Shown here: positions 59,769 to 60,693 of the stretch, piece after piece
Numbering within the stretch: position 1 is the stretch's first letter
Layout of the letters: every line of letters starts with the position of its first letter
Virus record (IMG/VR): IMGVR_UViG_3300005077_000002
Span: 128,001-188,693 of that record
From: a virus
Lineage: Duplodnaviria > Heunggongvirae > Uroviricota > Caudoviricetes
DNA: 60,693 nucleotides
Strand: one strand, 5' to 3'
The notes under the pieces: generated by a model
Database searches by the model: none
What the model saw: the letters and a program-made list of their open reading frames with translations, nothing else
What the model was told of the DNA's origin: nothing
Made by a program: the position numbers and the translations under genes

Positions 59769-60693
59769 ACGCAAGTCAAAAACACAAATCGCATTAGAGG
59801 AAAGCCTGGCAACCAGGCATAGCGACCTGGGAACCAAGTATGCTGGCATTTACCAGCAAAGACAAGAGGATCTCGAGCTGCTGAATCACCTGCAGGTTAC
59901 CAGGCGAGAAGGCATTACAGGCAAGAGACCAGCAGAGATCAAATATACTGAATTAAAACTGGTCAGCAATGTCAGAGATGATTTTTCATATATGGATCAC
60001 CCGGACATTATTGAACTGGCACATAGCATAGCGTCTGAGGGACTCAAGAGACCACTGGAAGTGTATGAAGAAGTAGATAAAACGTATACGATCTGTCATG
60101 GTCATCGGCGCTACCTGGCTATATTATTTATAATGAACAACAATGTTATTCCGGAATCAGATAATCTTACTGAATTGCAAATAAGCACTGAAATTAAAGA
60201 ACAATTCAAGTATGTGCCATGTATGGTACTCGAGGAGTCCAGAAAGTCCGGATCAGAACTAATCATCGAACAAATCGTTGAGAATTCCAAAAACAGAAGT
60301 CTGGATCAATTGGAGATGGCAGATTGTGTCAAACAATTAACTGAAGCTGGACTAAGACAGATAGATATAGCAAAAAGACTGTCATTATCAAAAACAGATA
60401 TAAATGATTTTTTGGCCATAAGCAGAATAAACGAACACATACTGCAAAAACTGCGTGAAGTAATGAAGTATGGATATACCTATGACATGTGCAAATATGT
60501 TTATGATGAAGTTAATACTCAAAAAGTTGATAAACTGCAGAAAAGTTCGGAATTCCGAACTTTTCCTATAAATGATGATAATGGGATTAATACCCAAAAA
60601 GTTGATAAACTACAGAAAAGTTCGGAATTCCGAACTTTTCCTATAAATGACGATAATGAGATTAATACTCAAAAAGTTGATAAACTACAGAAA
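59740..60693 (+). CDS. parB: ParB-family partition protein (runs off the window; absent from the ORF track)
   Basis: ATG at 59740 after GGAG. Translates to ...NVRDDF...ELAHSIASEGLKRPLEV...ICHGHRRYLA...ENSKNRSLDQLEMA...QIDIAKRLSLSKTDI (ParB CTPase motif plus HTH). Confidence 0.88.
   Translation, partial: MDNSTSPRVERKSKTQIALEESLATRHSDLGTKYAGIYQQRQEDLELLNHLQVTRREGITGKRPAEIKYTELKLVSNVRDDFSYMDHPDIIELAHSIASEGLKRPLEVYEEVDKTYTICHGHRRYLAILFIMNNNVIPESDNLTELQISTEIKEQFKYVPCMVLEESRKSGSELIIEQIVENSKNRSLDQLEMADCVKQLTEAGLRQIDIAKRLSLSKTDINDFLAISRINEHILQKLREVMKYGYTYDMCKYVYDEVNTQKVDKLQKSSEFRTFPINDDNGINTQKVDKLQKSSEFRTFPINDDNEINTQKVDKLQK
60512..60693. repeat. 75-bp tandem repeat (at least 2.4 copies) inside parB, each with a 26-bp perfect palindrome
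   Basis: Units start at 60512, 60587 and 60662; GAAAAGTTCGGAATTCCGAACTTTTC at 60540-60565 and 60615-60640. Confidence 0.95.

Noticed and set aside
60512-60693. 75-bp repeats as a CRISPR array
   Set aside because: The sequences between palindromes are near-identical rather than unique spacers, the repeats are in frame within parB, and no cas operon is present.
1-60693. tRNA, rRNA, integrase, transposase, reverse transcriptase/DGR or alternative genetic code
   Set aside because: None was recognised by eye. Genes are long and tightly packed under the standard code, leaving little intergenic space. A tRNAscan/Infernal run would be needed to exclude small RNAs.

Overview
The window is a segment of a large tailed (myovirus-type) phage or phage-plasmid. 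A roughly 56 kb minus-strand morphogenesis region encodes TerL with a mini-intein, portal, a Com-like Zn protein, prohead protease, scaffold, decoration protein, major capsid, neck proteins, tail sheath, four tail-tube paralogues, fibres and two tail chaperones. It ends in two giant genes. The 3437-aa protein sits in the tape-measure position and carries an intein, a PD-(D/E)xK nuclease and AT-rich enzyme cassettes (CCA/poly(A)-polymerase-like, ART-like, HExxH) bounded by a repeated GxDxGFGSPWxG motif. The 2532-aa protein has both two-barrel RNA polymerase motif sets plus a DEDDh exonuclease. An 11-bp motif, TGACATAWCTA, precedes eight minus-strand genes and is a probable phage promoter. Accessory genes are ribosomal protein bS21, an HD-GYP phosphodiesterase, ClpP, a metallophosphoesterase and a free-standing degenerate intein. 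The right end holds divergent HTH-PAS(-GAF) regulators and parA-parB, with palindromic 75-bp repeats inside parB. All calls are from motif reading by eye, with no database searches.
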